From Takakia lepidozioides (taxonomy: Eukaryota; Plantae; Bryophyta), in assembly GCA_030704615.1 (NCBI GenBank), contig CM060734.1, forward strand, positions 58,962,001 to 59,026,000: 64,000 nucleotides of DNA, read 5' to 3'. Made by a program: the position numbers and the translations under genes. Positions 34,801 to 46,106 of this stretch are shown here, piece by piece. The notes beneath the pieces were generated by a model that did no database searches, had not been told where the DNA came from, and was given only the letters and a program-made list of their open reading frames with translations. Numbering within the stretch: the first letter of the stretch is position 1; the number at the start of each line of letters is the position of its first letter.

Positions 34801-37061
34801 TTCGAGCTGCAAATAGTATATTTGTCAGAATTGCAAAAAAGATACACATCACATACTTGAAGAGAAGAAACAGCATGTTCGAATACACACCTGACTCCAA
34901 AATGTAGCCTTGTGGAGCCAGTTATCAAACACCAAATCACTGATTCCTTCCACCTTTGTGCCAGGCTGTATGGTGCTCTTTGGGAACTGATTCAAGTCCT
35001 TTACTGTTTGATCTGAGTTCCATATCTCCAGCCACCTTATTTTTGTTTGTGGGTCGACCATCGATATGGCCAGCCGGTGCAATTTCTCCTGCTGCATCTC
35101 CGGATGCACATGCTTGTCATAGTGTGTTTTGATCTGCTGAAGGAACTCAGGACCAAGTCCAGGATCTACTATTCTAAGCTGCTTTCCGAAGGCTGACATC
35201 AATTTGGTTCTTCGCATCTCAAACTCCTTCTTTATTGCAGCTTCCACACCCTTTGATGTCCTTAGTTCCTCTGGTGTAGTGCGGTAATATTCGGATTTTC
35301 CCTTCTCAGCTGCCTCTGCCAGTTCTTGCTGCATTCATTCAAGTAGTGATTAGCTCCGAAGGGACTACAAACATGTATTCGAAAAGTAAACAGATTACAG
35401 ACTCGGGCTTACCGCATACATGTACTCCAGAAACGCCTCTCGTGTCAAAGAATACCAAGTGCCTGCAGCTCTTCCTGTTTCGCACTTCTTGATGATATTG
35501 GGTGGTAGTACTGTCCGAAAATCATCCAGCTTCATCAGACCAATCCTCTGAATTCGGAATAGTGTGTGAACCAAGCTTGTTGTCACATGCGATTTCTCTG
35601 TCGATCTGCAAAAACATTGGAAACATTGCATTCCTTAACACTGTTTTTTGAGGATTAACAAGACACTACAGAGGGAATGAAATCTCCTGGATGACTTACT
35701 TGTTCACGTCGTGCATAGCTGTAAGAAGCCTAGCGATGTCGTTTCCTGGATCCAAAACCATTGCCTCCACAGCAACATGCTTGTCTTTGTCTTTCGAATG
35801 GTGTTTCTGAATGTATCCCATCCATGCCAGCAATCGGTGGTTGCCGTCCCAGACGTAGAACATGTGGTTGCAGAATTGCTGGGTGTTCTTTCCCATCATG
35901 AGGCCCAGCTCGAACTCCTCATTGGCATCTTTCCAGCACTCATCCCAGTTATCACTGATCTCTGGAGAAACTAATGTGCTTTTCCCATTTATATCCGTCA
36001 GTGACACATAAAAAACTTGTGCACCAAGTCTATATCCATGCACAAAATCACTCTCCAATTTTGTTATGTCATGGGAAAGAGGTGGACGCACAACAGGCAT
36101 TGATATCATCCGGCACAGAGGTATGTCCAGACGCCCTCCAGATACGAGCATGTCCCTTATAACCTCCTGAGAGTTTACCTTCTGGAATGACATGAGTTCT
36201 TTCACCTTGTCAAGGTAGTGCACTTCGGATTCATCTGCTTCATCTGTATTCTCTGAGCTTTTTGCGGACTCGTCCCCATCTCCAGATCCTTTCCCCTCTG
36301 ATCCTGTAGGCTTCGACCTCACAGTTTTCTGCACGATGCCATTCAGTTCTGACTAAGTGATTTGCAAATAGTGAATGGCGGTAACGACCATCACTCTGTA
36401 TCAAGGAAACTCACCATGAATGGTGTGAAAGAATTCAGCACAATCTACACATGCAAAGCCGAGACTGCCGTATTCAAAACAAAAGCGAGAGCGATAGCGA
36501 ACGGCGTTAACGACAATCACAAAAGATAACAACCTGCCGGATCGGTGTTGTGTAATGACATACATGTGCAACTGATTGGCGGCAACGACATTCAGTGTAG
36601 TTTAGGGAGAATAGTAAGTGCAGACTCTCTCTTCAAACACATAGGTACATAAATCTCATGAGGAGAATCGAATGGCGTTAACGACGCTCGCGATTCAGTA
36701 GTTCCTGCTAAAGAATGGAAGAGGAAGGACTCCTTGAAAGGCAATCAGACAGACTATATGATAAAACTTACTGGCACCTTCTTAGGTTTTGAAATTTGAT
36801 CCCCTTCTGCAGCTTTCCTCTCACATCTGCTGGAGTTTCTGTCTGCGCAAGGGTTTCTTGACCTTCTTCAGGTTCGGCGTTCCGCGTGCTTCCACCTTCT
36901 TCAGTGTCCCTGCGAATCATCTCTGCCTCCACAGGCTGGCGCACTCTTATCGCCGACTGTGTCGCAGCCGCTGCCTCAGTCTCCGTCTGCTCTTGTGAAT
37001 CAGTCTCCGCGTTCACCTGCTGCCTTGGCCCTGTGTTCTCCAACAAACGACGCCTCGTCAT
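31845..37061 (-). CDS. Multi-exon MULE cargo gene: N-terminal ParB/Srx-like domain fused to a C-terminal beta-class N6A/N4C methyltransferase-like domain
   Basis: FYVWDGNHRLLAW (35822-35860); ADIVILDIPDG (motif IV position, DIPDG at 32872-32886); WRGAKEKSPAFMQILLE; spliced VVDLSVSTG|ATYHACKAGGRSLFGMEGD (motif I-II). About 10 GT-AG exons; at least one frameshift near 33155. Confidence 0.78.
33860..36690. repeat. Dispersed 22-26-bp palindrome TGAATG(T/G)CGT-NA-ACG(A/C)CATTCA in introns of the cargo gene
   Basis: Copies at 33860, 34041, 34150, 34245, 34357, 34478, 36371, 36497, 36571 and 36669. Confidence 0.9.
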
Positions 37062-37915
37062 TTTCTCTCTTGCTCTGCGTCTCTCTCTAAGGGAAGTAAA
37101 ATAAAGAGACTTTCTTCTCTTTCGTATTCTAGAAGGAACCCTCTCCAGCTTGACTACCACTCTCCCTCTAAGCGCGAAAAGTAGAAAAACGCAGTGACTC
37201 CCGATTTCTTGCGGGATTGCCTGTGTTCTTGCGTGTCTCTAGAAGCATCGGATTCCCTCCCGCGTGACCGTTACACATAGTCGTTTCCTTATTAGTGCAC
37301 ATGCCAGCAATTGGTGTACAGCTGTTCGTATTCAGTTATGGATGTCTGACGTGTGCCGCCCAAAAAAAACGGCGTGTTCTTTATTATAACGGGTTCAATA
37401 TTTAAAAAGAACAGCGAATCCCAGAAATTGATGCGCAGTCTTAAACAAATAAATATAAATGAACGAGAGTTTGATGACAAATTTTGGAATATCATACACG
37501 GTCATCCTTGTTATCCAAACCCCACATTCGTTTCACATTTGGAACTTTCCAGGTGCGCATGATCATTGGTAGTAGTATATAGATACATTTACTTAATCTG
37601 CAATCCCATTCTCAGATCCTGTGGCATGCTTCCAGGAAGTCGGCTTTGTTATTGGGTTTATTGATGAGGTTCTGATTAACGGTTTAACAGTTGCCGACAC
37701 TGCCCCTAGGGATACTCTGACCACTGGGCCCACAAGAAAAGTAATTAAAATGGACGGCTGCATATCTGGAATGAATAACAGAATATGCACAGTCGTTATC
37801 TGAGCTTCCTCCGCCATATTCTCTGCTCATTCTTCAACTGTGTTCTGGAGACAGCAGTAAACCGATTTACACTAGATCTGCGATAGCAAGGTACAAACAT
37901 ACTCGAGGAAGGAAG

Positions 37916-40900
37916 ATGGCTTCCTCTGAAGCGGAGTTCTTCTCAGACGACAAACCAGTGCCGTTCTCCCAGGAAGTCCTTGACAATGGATTTGCAATTG
38001 TTCTGGAACATGTCTTGGCTACCCGTTTTCAGCTGCAGAATGGCTCCATCTTTTGGAGAAAGAGGTTTACGATCTGAAAGGGAAGTTGGTGAAATATTCT
38101 TTCCAAAACCGTGATGAGACGGCTCATATCAGCCAGTGGAGAGTGCGTCCTGGTCGATACAGAGTACTTGGAGAGCCTCGGCGAAAGTCCCTTGGGTCAT
38201 ATGTGACGCCCGGGACTGCTGCTTCGGTCGTTGAAGACAAGAGGGAGGTGGTGGTGAAAAAAGAACAGACTTCCTCCACTCCAATCGTTGAGCTTTCGGA
38301 TTCTTCCGATGATGACATAAGTGAAATTCCAAATCCAGTCCTTCCTACTGTGGTTGCAGAAGCTGATGAAGAAGAGATTTGTAGTGTCATTCCAAAATTG
38401 CGGGCGATGGGAGGAATGGCTGGATTCAAAAGTGAGTTGCGGGGAATTGATTGGGAATCTTTGAAGCAGGTGCCTGTGAAGTTCTTGCCGGAGACTTTTG
38501 ATGGCGATATCCTATTCGAGCTGCCTCCTCCTCCGCGAGTTGGAGGTGTAACAATCATGATGCATGGAATGGACAAGAAACACGACGGGCACCCGTGGTG
38601 CAGAACAAAAACATCCAATATTCAGAATGATGACAAGCTTGTTTTCAGGAGGACAGTTTGCAATGGACACCTTAGGTGTGATAATTTGAATTGCAGACAC
38701 TTTCTTCAGTCTGGTGTTCATAATCAAAGCGAATGGGAGGGTCTGGCGGAAAATCCATTTCAGCCTGGGACTGCCCCTCCACCGGCAAACACTTTCGTCT
38801 GCAAATTCTGCAAACTTGTGCCATCCTGCTTGGCGCTCTGCGGAGCAAGAATGTACTATGTTGTCCACCGTTTGAATACAATGACGAGAGCTTGTGTGCA
38901 TTTTGGATTCCATAACCATCCTGTCTCGAAGGGGGATTACAGGGAGAGTGTTGAGACAGTATCGAGGTTGATCAAACAGGAGTTCGGGAGAAACCCATCC
39001 GCAACAACATCTGCAATTGCTCTTGGCGCAAGCAAGTCCTTCTTGGAAAGCCATATTTTGAGTGAAGGAGATTCTGTGGGGACTAAACTTGACGGTGCAG
39101 CATTGGACCTGGTCATGGATCATTTCTCCACTTTAAGTTCACCTAACATTCGGCATCAGATCAATGCATTGAGAATGGGCTCTGGGATCAGAGGCTACAT
39201 AGACAATATTTTGGAATTGAAACGAGTGAGCAAGTACGATTACATCCAGGTCAAGGTGCCATCAAAGTTTTTCTTTTCAAAATGTCGACTGTTGGGGAGG
39301 GCAGTGGGGTTAGCCTCGTGAAGCGGATGCAGAAGACTGGGGACTTGCAGAACTGTTTTCTTATGTTTGATCATGTGAAACGAGTGAAGGATTGGACGAC
39401 AATGGCTTGTCATGTCTACGATCCAGTGTACCAACGAGTTATGACAATTGCAGTTTGTGACATGCAATCCGAGGATACGGAATCCCAGAAGCTCATGTGG
39501 AATTCCCTGATACGTGTCATGGGCTGCCATGGGCTGCCATCTCCAAATTTCGCAGGTTTCATGGCGGATAGTGCTCAAGCAAATTTCAATGCTGTTCGTA
39601 TTGTCTTCGGATCGGGCGACCCAAAAGTGCCTATGCCAGGAAGAGAGCGTACATGTCTATTCCATTGGACACAATCTCTGGAAAAACATACAAAGTCGGA
39701 CATCAAACCAGAGATGCAGACTCAGCACCGTAAATTGTGCAAAGAGTACAAAGATGCTAGAACAATGAAGGAGGCGGACACTTTGTTCCAGACAATTCGT
39801 GCCTGGTGGTTCTCTTCTGGAGCTGCATCACTTGAGAGTATGAGAGCATTGGAAGATTGGCTGGCGTTTTGGCACTTCCGGTATAGACAGTGGGGAGCAG
39901 CCATGACAATGGTACGAGGCTTCTATTTCATGCTTTATTCATACATTTGCTTTCCATATTTTTGACTCATTGCTTTCTTTATGTTGTTTCCTGTGCACTA
40001 TTCTGAAGTGTGGTTATCCTCTTTGCAGAACATGTCCATTGAGGAAATGGCGGACATGCCATCTTGCAATTTGGCAGAAACTGTGCACAATGCATGGTTG
40101 CAGCAGTCTGGGAAACGAGGTCGGGATTTGTATGTGGCAACAACAGATGATTTGATACGTGCCTTGCAACAACAAACCCGATACCGTGATTTCTTACGAG
40201 GTGGGGTTGGTGGCAAGGGTCCGGACAAATGGGAGTTGATGTTGCGTGCTGCAAACAGATCTGGGGATCCAATCAAGATAGCACGGGCGGTGAGCATGTA
40301 TGCCCAGGGAACGCCACTTGTTTCTAGAGTTCCACATCTTGAAGGGGAGGAGAGATTCGGCTCCTGTAAGAGGAAATTGAACACTCCACCTGGTTCGGAT
40401 TCAGATTCCCACAGGGCAGACCGTGATAACTTCTCGAAGCCTCGTGTTCCCCTGCATGACAGCTCCATGTCCGGAACCTCCATTGTGGAGGAACCTCCAA
40501 CACGACGGCAAGCTCCAGCATCAAACCGTGCCACTGAAATGGTGCAGGAGAGAAACAACCCCCTTGATGTGCTTGAGTCCGCATGCCCCGACCACGTTTG
40601 GCACATAGAACGCACAAGTGTCGGGTCTCGTGTGAAATGTACAGCGATCAGGGCAACTAATTTCGAGAAGTGCACTTCATCTATATCCAGAGGTGGTGCC
40701 CGAACTCCTGCTCCAACTTTCACGGGCTTGATGCGTCCATACGGTCAACCAAAGCCAAGAACCACAAGTTCTGGTTCTGCGCAGATGATTGTGCCAGATG
40801 TGTGCATGGAACTGTGCGTCCTTCCGTAGTGATGAAGCCATCTCCTCCAACCGTTTGGCCCGTGAAGGTGGGAACACATCTCAGCTTTCAGGAGATTGAA

Positions 40901-41413
40901 ATGCTGGAGGAGGCAGGTTTTTCCCTTGCGAGACAACCCCAACTCCATGCATGTGCTACTACTTCTGCGTCCTCCCGGGTCCCCCCGGCAAATCCTGACT
41001 TGTGGCCAACCAAACGAGATGGAAAGCTCGTTCGGCGTTTCCCTCCAACCGCTGAACACTTTGGCAAAGTGGAGTCCGCAAGAATGCTCCAAGCTCGTGT
41101 CGGAAGCACCACGGAAGTACCCGATCCAGGATATGGTCGGGTATTCACAATCATCACTTCCACATCTGCTGTTCATGACAGGACCTACGACATCACGGTT
41201 TCCAATTTCCCCAATTGCACATGTCCTGATTTTGTGAATATGCTATCAACCAGTTTGGGCAAGAGAGGTAAATTCATACCCTGCAAACATTTGTATTTCA
41301 TATTTTTGAGGAGGATGGTTTGCGATCCCAAACGTGACAACTTCATTCACCAGGCCACTATGAGTTTCAACGAGGTCGATACTCTTTTGCAGCGGGATAC
41401 AACACATGGGTAG
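37916..41413 (+). pseudogene. MULE transposase with GCM-like DNA-binding region, DDE core and SWIM finger; frameshifted
   Basis: DGHPWC..RRTVCNGHLRCDNLNC; FLMFDHVKRV; GFMADSAQAN; CLFHW; SCNLAETVH; SWIM CTCPDF..PCKHLYFI. Intron 39912-40028; frameshifts at ~38052, ~39250 and ~40750. Confidence 0.88.
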
Positions 41414-42076
41414 CATGAACTATGTAATGTGGTATGTGGATGACCATGATTTGAAATGTGTAATTCACATCAATTCGTCGGCTGTGCAATGATATGGCCT
41501 CCAACTATACGGAGTGAGGTCTGAGTGACAACTTTTAGGTAGTGCACATTTGTCATTGCACCGTTCGAAGTCTACATGTCTTGCTGTCGCTATGCACTAC
41601 AATCATCTTTTGAAGATGATCATAACTCTCATTGTTATTTGAGGAGGGAGGAAGTCTTCTCGTGGCAGCCTTTATGGCGCACACTTTGTGAGGATATTTT
41701 GTCGTCTTCGTAATTGTAAAAGTGAAACAAGCATTTGTAATTGCACAATGTTGGATGCTGCAATTGTAGGCCTCAACGCTCGTCTTGATTCTATTTAGGC
41801 AAGATTCCCTGCATTAATTCCACGGTAATAGGACCATCCACGGTTATAGGCGGCGCATGTTAATGCTGACGTGGCAGTTGATGGACAGTGCCACGTCATC
41901 ATTTACCGCCACATCAGCATGCTGACATGACGCTCACGCCACGTCAGCTGGCGCGAGCGTACGCTCACGCCACGTCAGCTGGCGCGAGCGTACGCTCACG
42001 CCACGTCACTCCTGCGTGAGCGTACGCTCGCGCGCTCACGTGCAACGCTCATGCCATTGCGTCGTCGGCAGATGAA

Positions 42077-43423
42077 TCCCATGCCTCCCATGTCTCCTCC
42101 CTCAGGAGCAGGAGGTGGACCATCCGGCCTTGGAGCCGGTACCACCTGAGTTGTGGCCATGGCAGCGAGCATCTGCTCTAGCTGTTGTAGCCGGTTAGCC
42201 ATGCCTTGGTCACCACCCTGACCTCAGCATCCTTGGCCATGTTGAGCTTGCCCTTGGCCTGCACCTCATGCCTGGCCACCTCGTCCTCTCTGGGGCTGCT
42301 CCACCTCGCCTCCGGCCACCATTGTTCCCTTGGAACTGGCTTGGGCGCAACTCAGGATGTAAACCATAGCACTGGGCCTCTCCATGCCCATACTTGCCAC
42401 AATGCCCACACTGCAACTATGCAGGCTGTGCCGGTGCCAAACCATTGCCTCCCTCTGGGCAATCCTTCTAGACATGGGGTCCTCCACATGTCCAGCACAC
42501 CACATCCGCTCGTTGTTGGCTTGCAAATGAAGTCTGAGGTCCTCTCTGTCCTTCCTTGGGCTTCACCTGAGCTCCCTTGATGCCTTGAGCACGTTGAGGT
42601 AGTGGCTGGCTAGGAGCACCACTACCCCGTGGTGCCTCCTTAGCAAATCCAACCATGACCACTCGTTCCTCCACCATGTTGAGCTCTATCCGCTCTGCCA
42701 GCAAAAACACATTTGCTAAGGTGGGTTGGGCCGCTTGTAGAAGAGTTGCATCCCGCACCCTTCTCCTCAGCTCCTTGTCCAATATCCCATACCAGAATTG
42801 GACTGCCTGAGCCTCCGTAACTCCTTGGGTTACATTAATCAAGCGCCTCATGCGAGTGAAAGCCTCCCTCAAGCTCTCAGTAGGCTTCCTTTGGAACTCT
42901 TGCAAGTTCCTCAACTTCTCTGCAGTCCTCACCCCTTGGTAGTTCCTTCTCAACTCTTCGAAGAACTCCACAACAGGGTTGAAGGCAGGCACCGCCACTG
43001 GTGCTGGTGCAGCAGTAGCTTGGGCGACGTAACCTCTGTACCACTAGTCCCACTGCTGCTCGTGGAATCTGCCGGTGCAGCTACCGGTATGGCTGCTGCC
43101 CTTGTCCCTCTAGTGATGGAGACATAGTTGGATGACCAGTACATCCTCCACTCCTTGATCTCAACATCGTGCCCCCGCCTAAACTCATGGTAATCATCCA
43201 TTGGCGGCCCCTCAAGGTGCTGAAACAACCCCTTCCATGCCATGAAAGGCGTAAATAGTTGTGGATTGCGCATTTGCTGCAAGTCACACCCACTATCAAA
43301 CTCTTGGATAAAATCATCCAACTCAATGGTGCCCACCGCCCCAGAGTACCTTCGTGGCCCCTTGGTGGCTCCATACATCTCCTCCATTGTGTCCCACAAC
43401 AATGACAACGAAAAAAATTGCAC
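42077..43423 (-). mobile_element. gag of the DNMT-gypsy (continues at 30112-30809)
   Basis: LQEFQRKPTESLREAFTRM, zinc knuckles CWTCGGPH and CGHCGKYGHGEAQC. Confidence 0.85.
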
Positions 43424-44699
43424 CGCCGGTGTAAGTCATCCTGATTCACAATCCGAATCAGAACCTTCCGTAAAAGACACTTGAGGTGAAGGTGGCCTAA
43501 ACCGCACACCTCGTCTCGTATACCCGCTAGTATCGCTAGTGCTCGTACCGGCACTTTCCCGAGCAACTAGTGGCATCTCCGTGTTGACAAACTGACACTC
43601 AACCGGTCATGAACATGTCTCTAACCCCCTCTCTACAAGGTAACCGGGTAGAGAACCTGATGCGGCTTATGGTTTGGAATACTAGGTTCCTAACATAGCC
43701 TGCACCTGCACCTGCACCCACCGCAGGCACTCCTATGGTTGGCTGGTCATCACCTCCAACCTCACCACCGGAGAAACAAAGATGGTCTGACTAGTCATCA
43801 ACCCAGCCTCACCATCGACAACATGCTCTAGGGTTGGATCGGCGATCAAGCCCGAGTCAACCACCTATAAAATCAAGCGCCCACACAAAACTAGCATGGT
43901 GCACAATCAAATATGCAGGTGTGGAGGGGATCTAAACACAAGAATGAAAACAACAACTCCCCCACACAAAAAATCTCTCCACAGTGTCGCTCCTGCAACC
44001 CAGCCCACACCCGGACTGACTCTTGCCTCCACCTACGGAAAGGTTTCGGCCTACAGAGAAGATGGAAAGCTACGAGGAAGGGAAACTAAAACAATGCCTA
44101 TCCCCAGCACGCTCTCATCCCAACACCCTCTTTTTTTCTCTCTTCTCTCACTTGCATGACCATGAGAGCATCCTGTAGACACTCCTCAAACCGCCCTCCA
44201 CGAGCTCATGAAACTTGGCCTCCAAGGCCCCATGCAAGCCTCCACAGGGTCCGCCAGTGCCTCCTTACGTCCACCAGCCATTCCTCCGAATGGAACCACC
44301 TCAGGAAACCACACCATTCGCTGAAGGTTCAAAAATGGAGCAAATAGAGGTACATATAGGCCCCAACAACATTATGTCCAAAGGAATTACCTGCAGGCTG
44401 GTCTCCCCCATAGTTAAGAATTGGAGTAATCCCCTTTGTTAAAACGCAACAAGGAGGCAATTCTGACTTTTCTGCCGATCAGCTAGCTCATAACCGTTGT
44501 TCTTCAGAGCCCAACCTCCCCATCAAGGTCCCACGAAACGAGTGAAAAAGGATTTATTTTTATTTTATTTTTTTCACTCTGCTTGTTCGCGGCCTTCCGT
44601 GGCTCCAACCGCCACGACTCCTCACGGCCCGCCCTAGGCACTCGTTGGCCACAGGCTGCCCAGTGATACCCCGTGGTACCACTCCCACGAGCCTTCACG

Positions 44700-45789
44700 G
44701 CCCGCCATCCCCACGATCTGGTCACCGTGCCCACCCGTTGTGTCCGCACCACGACTTCCAACGGTCACGGTTAACCATCATGACCTGGGCTCGTGGTATA
44801 TCATGATACCGCCCCAACGGCCCATCACGGCCACTATTCTCTGCGTTCCCTGGGAGTTCCCATGCGCTCCCGAGACGTTCCTGGCATTCCCACGCGTTCC
44901 CGAGCTCTCCCCGAGCTAGGGTTTGCTCCAGCACCTGCTGCCGACGAGCTATGGCTTTTGCGGAGCCATCAGCCCCGTCGTCTTGCACTCCTGAGCTCTC
45001 ACGGCCCACTAGAAGTGCCCCCAACTCAACAAGCAAGCTATATGCTGCCCAACAAGCTCCATTTCTTCATGAAGCTCACAAAAACGAATCTGAAAATACA
45101 CACCTTTACAAACTTGGTGCACCTGCAGTTCTACTGCACATTCCCTGGCTCTAGGACGCCTCGTTGCTGCCCTTCCAACCCCGCTCTTGCCACTCCAAGA
45201 GCCCTTACACTGCTGAGTTTCAGATTGAAACTCCAACTCAACACATGCTTCACAAGTGCACTGCTTTGCACACAAGAGGGACCAGCCCCCTCTCTTCACT
45301 CATACCTCTTCATGAGCTTGGAGCTGAAGCTCCCAACGGGCTGCGATGCATCCCCTCGCAGCTCCACCATTCAGCTGCTCCTCATCTACCCGCAACAACT
45401 AGTTTCGGGCAGAAATACCTGGAGCTCATCATGTCATCTCCAACCTGCAACAAGCTAGATGTCCATGCGCAGCCCACATTTCTGCAGCTCCTTAACTCGG
45501 CCTGCAGCTGAAGAAGACGACCACTTGTTCGCCCACTCGTGGCCAGCATCTCCTCCGCTTCACACTAGTTGCCATAGCGTTGAGCTATGCAACGTCGCTC
45601 TTCAACATAGGCTACCCGCCTCTCTATCCATTGCAAACCTGCAACCTGTTCTCATTTGCACTCTATCCACTTTGGATAGGCTCATGCACGGATCCCTGCA
45701 CTCTAGGCCGAACCGCTTCTCATGAAAACACAAGTACTACAAAACAACTCGAACCTGGCACTCATAGACTCGAGCTCATTTTTCTCGAG
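44700..45789 (-). mobile_element. Highly degenerate internal (gag-like) region adjoining LTR B copy 2
   Basis: Broken ..GAAEWW..FSSKLMKRY fragments directly inside the LTR. Confidence 0.35.
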
Positions 45790-46106
45790 TGATAGGGAAA
45801 AGAATGATACAAGCATATAAGCTCTCTCAAACTCACACACTTGCACATGAAAATATCACTCATATATTAAGTCGAGCCAAGTGCACCCCACGCCATGGGG
45901 AATCCACACTACGGCACCATAGCTAGACGCGGTGAGGCTCAACTTGAGAAAGATGAGCCCACCACGATCTACCATGAAGATAACAACGCCAAGTGCCCAA
46001 ACATGTATTGGCCCCTGGATTGACACTTGGATCAATCCCAAATGTCAATATATAAAAGCTAGCTATTTCCTAGCTAACTTCACATTAGTGGTAAAATAAC
46101 TTGACA
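45790..46106. repeat. LTR type B, copy 2
   Basis: Direct repeat of 25163-25479; interrupts the ParB-like gene of the Sola-like element. Confidence 0.8.

Larger units (their letters stand above)
30819..42067 (+). mobile_element. Mutator-like (MULE) DNA transposon, 11.2 kb, inserted in gypsy gag
   Basis: 9-bp TSD GCAGATGAA at 30810-30818 and 42068-42076. Imperfect ~45-bp TIRs (catggatgccttggcgtgagcctggtcacgtgagcgcg vs revcomp cgacgacgcaatggcatgagcgttgcacgtgagcgcg). CCACGTCA-rich subterminal repeats. Confidence 0.9.

Noticed and set aside
31845-37061. Bacterial contamination as the source of ParB/MTase
   Set aside because: The gene has GT-AG introns and lies in a TSD-flanked element continuous with plant genes.
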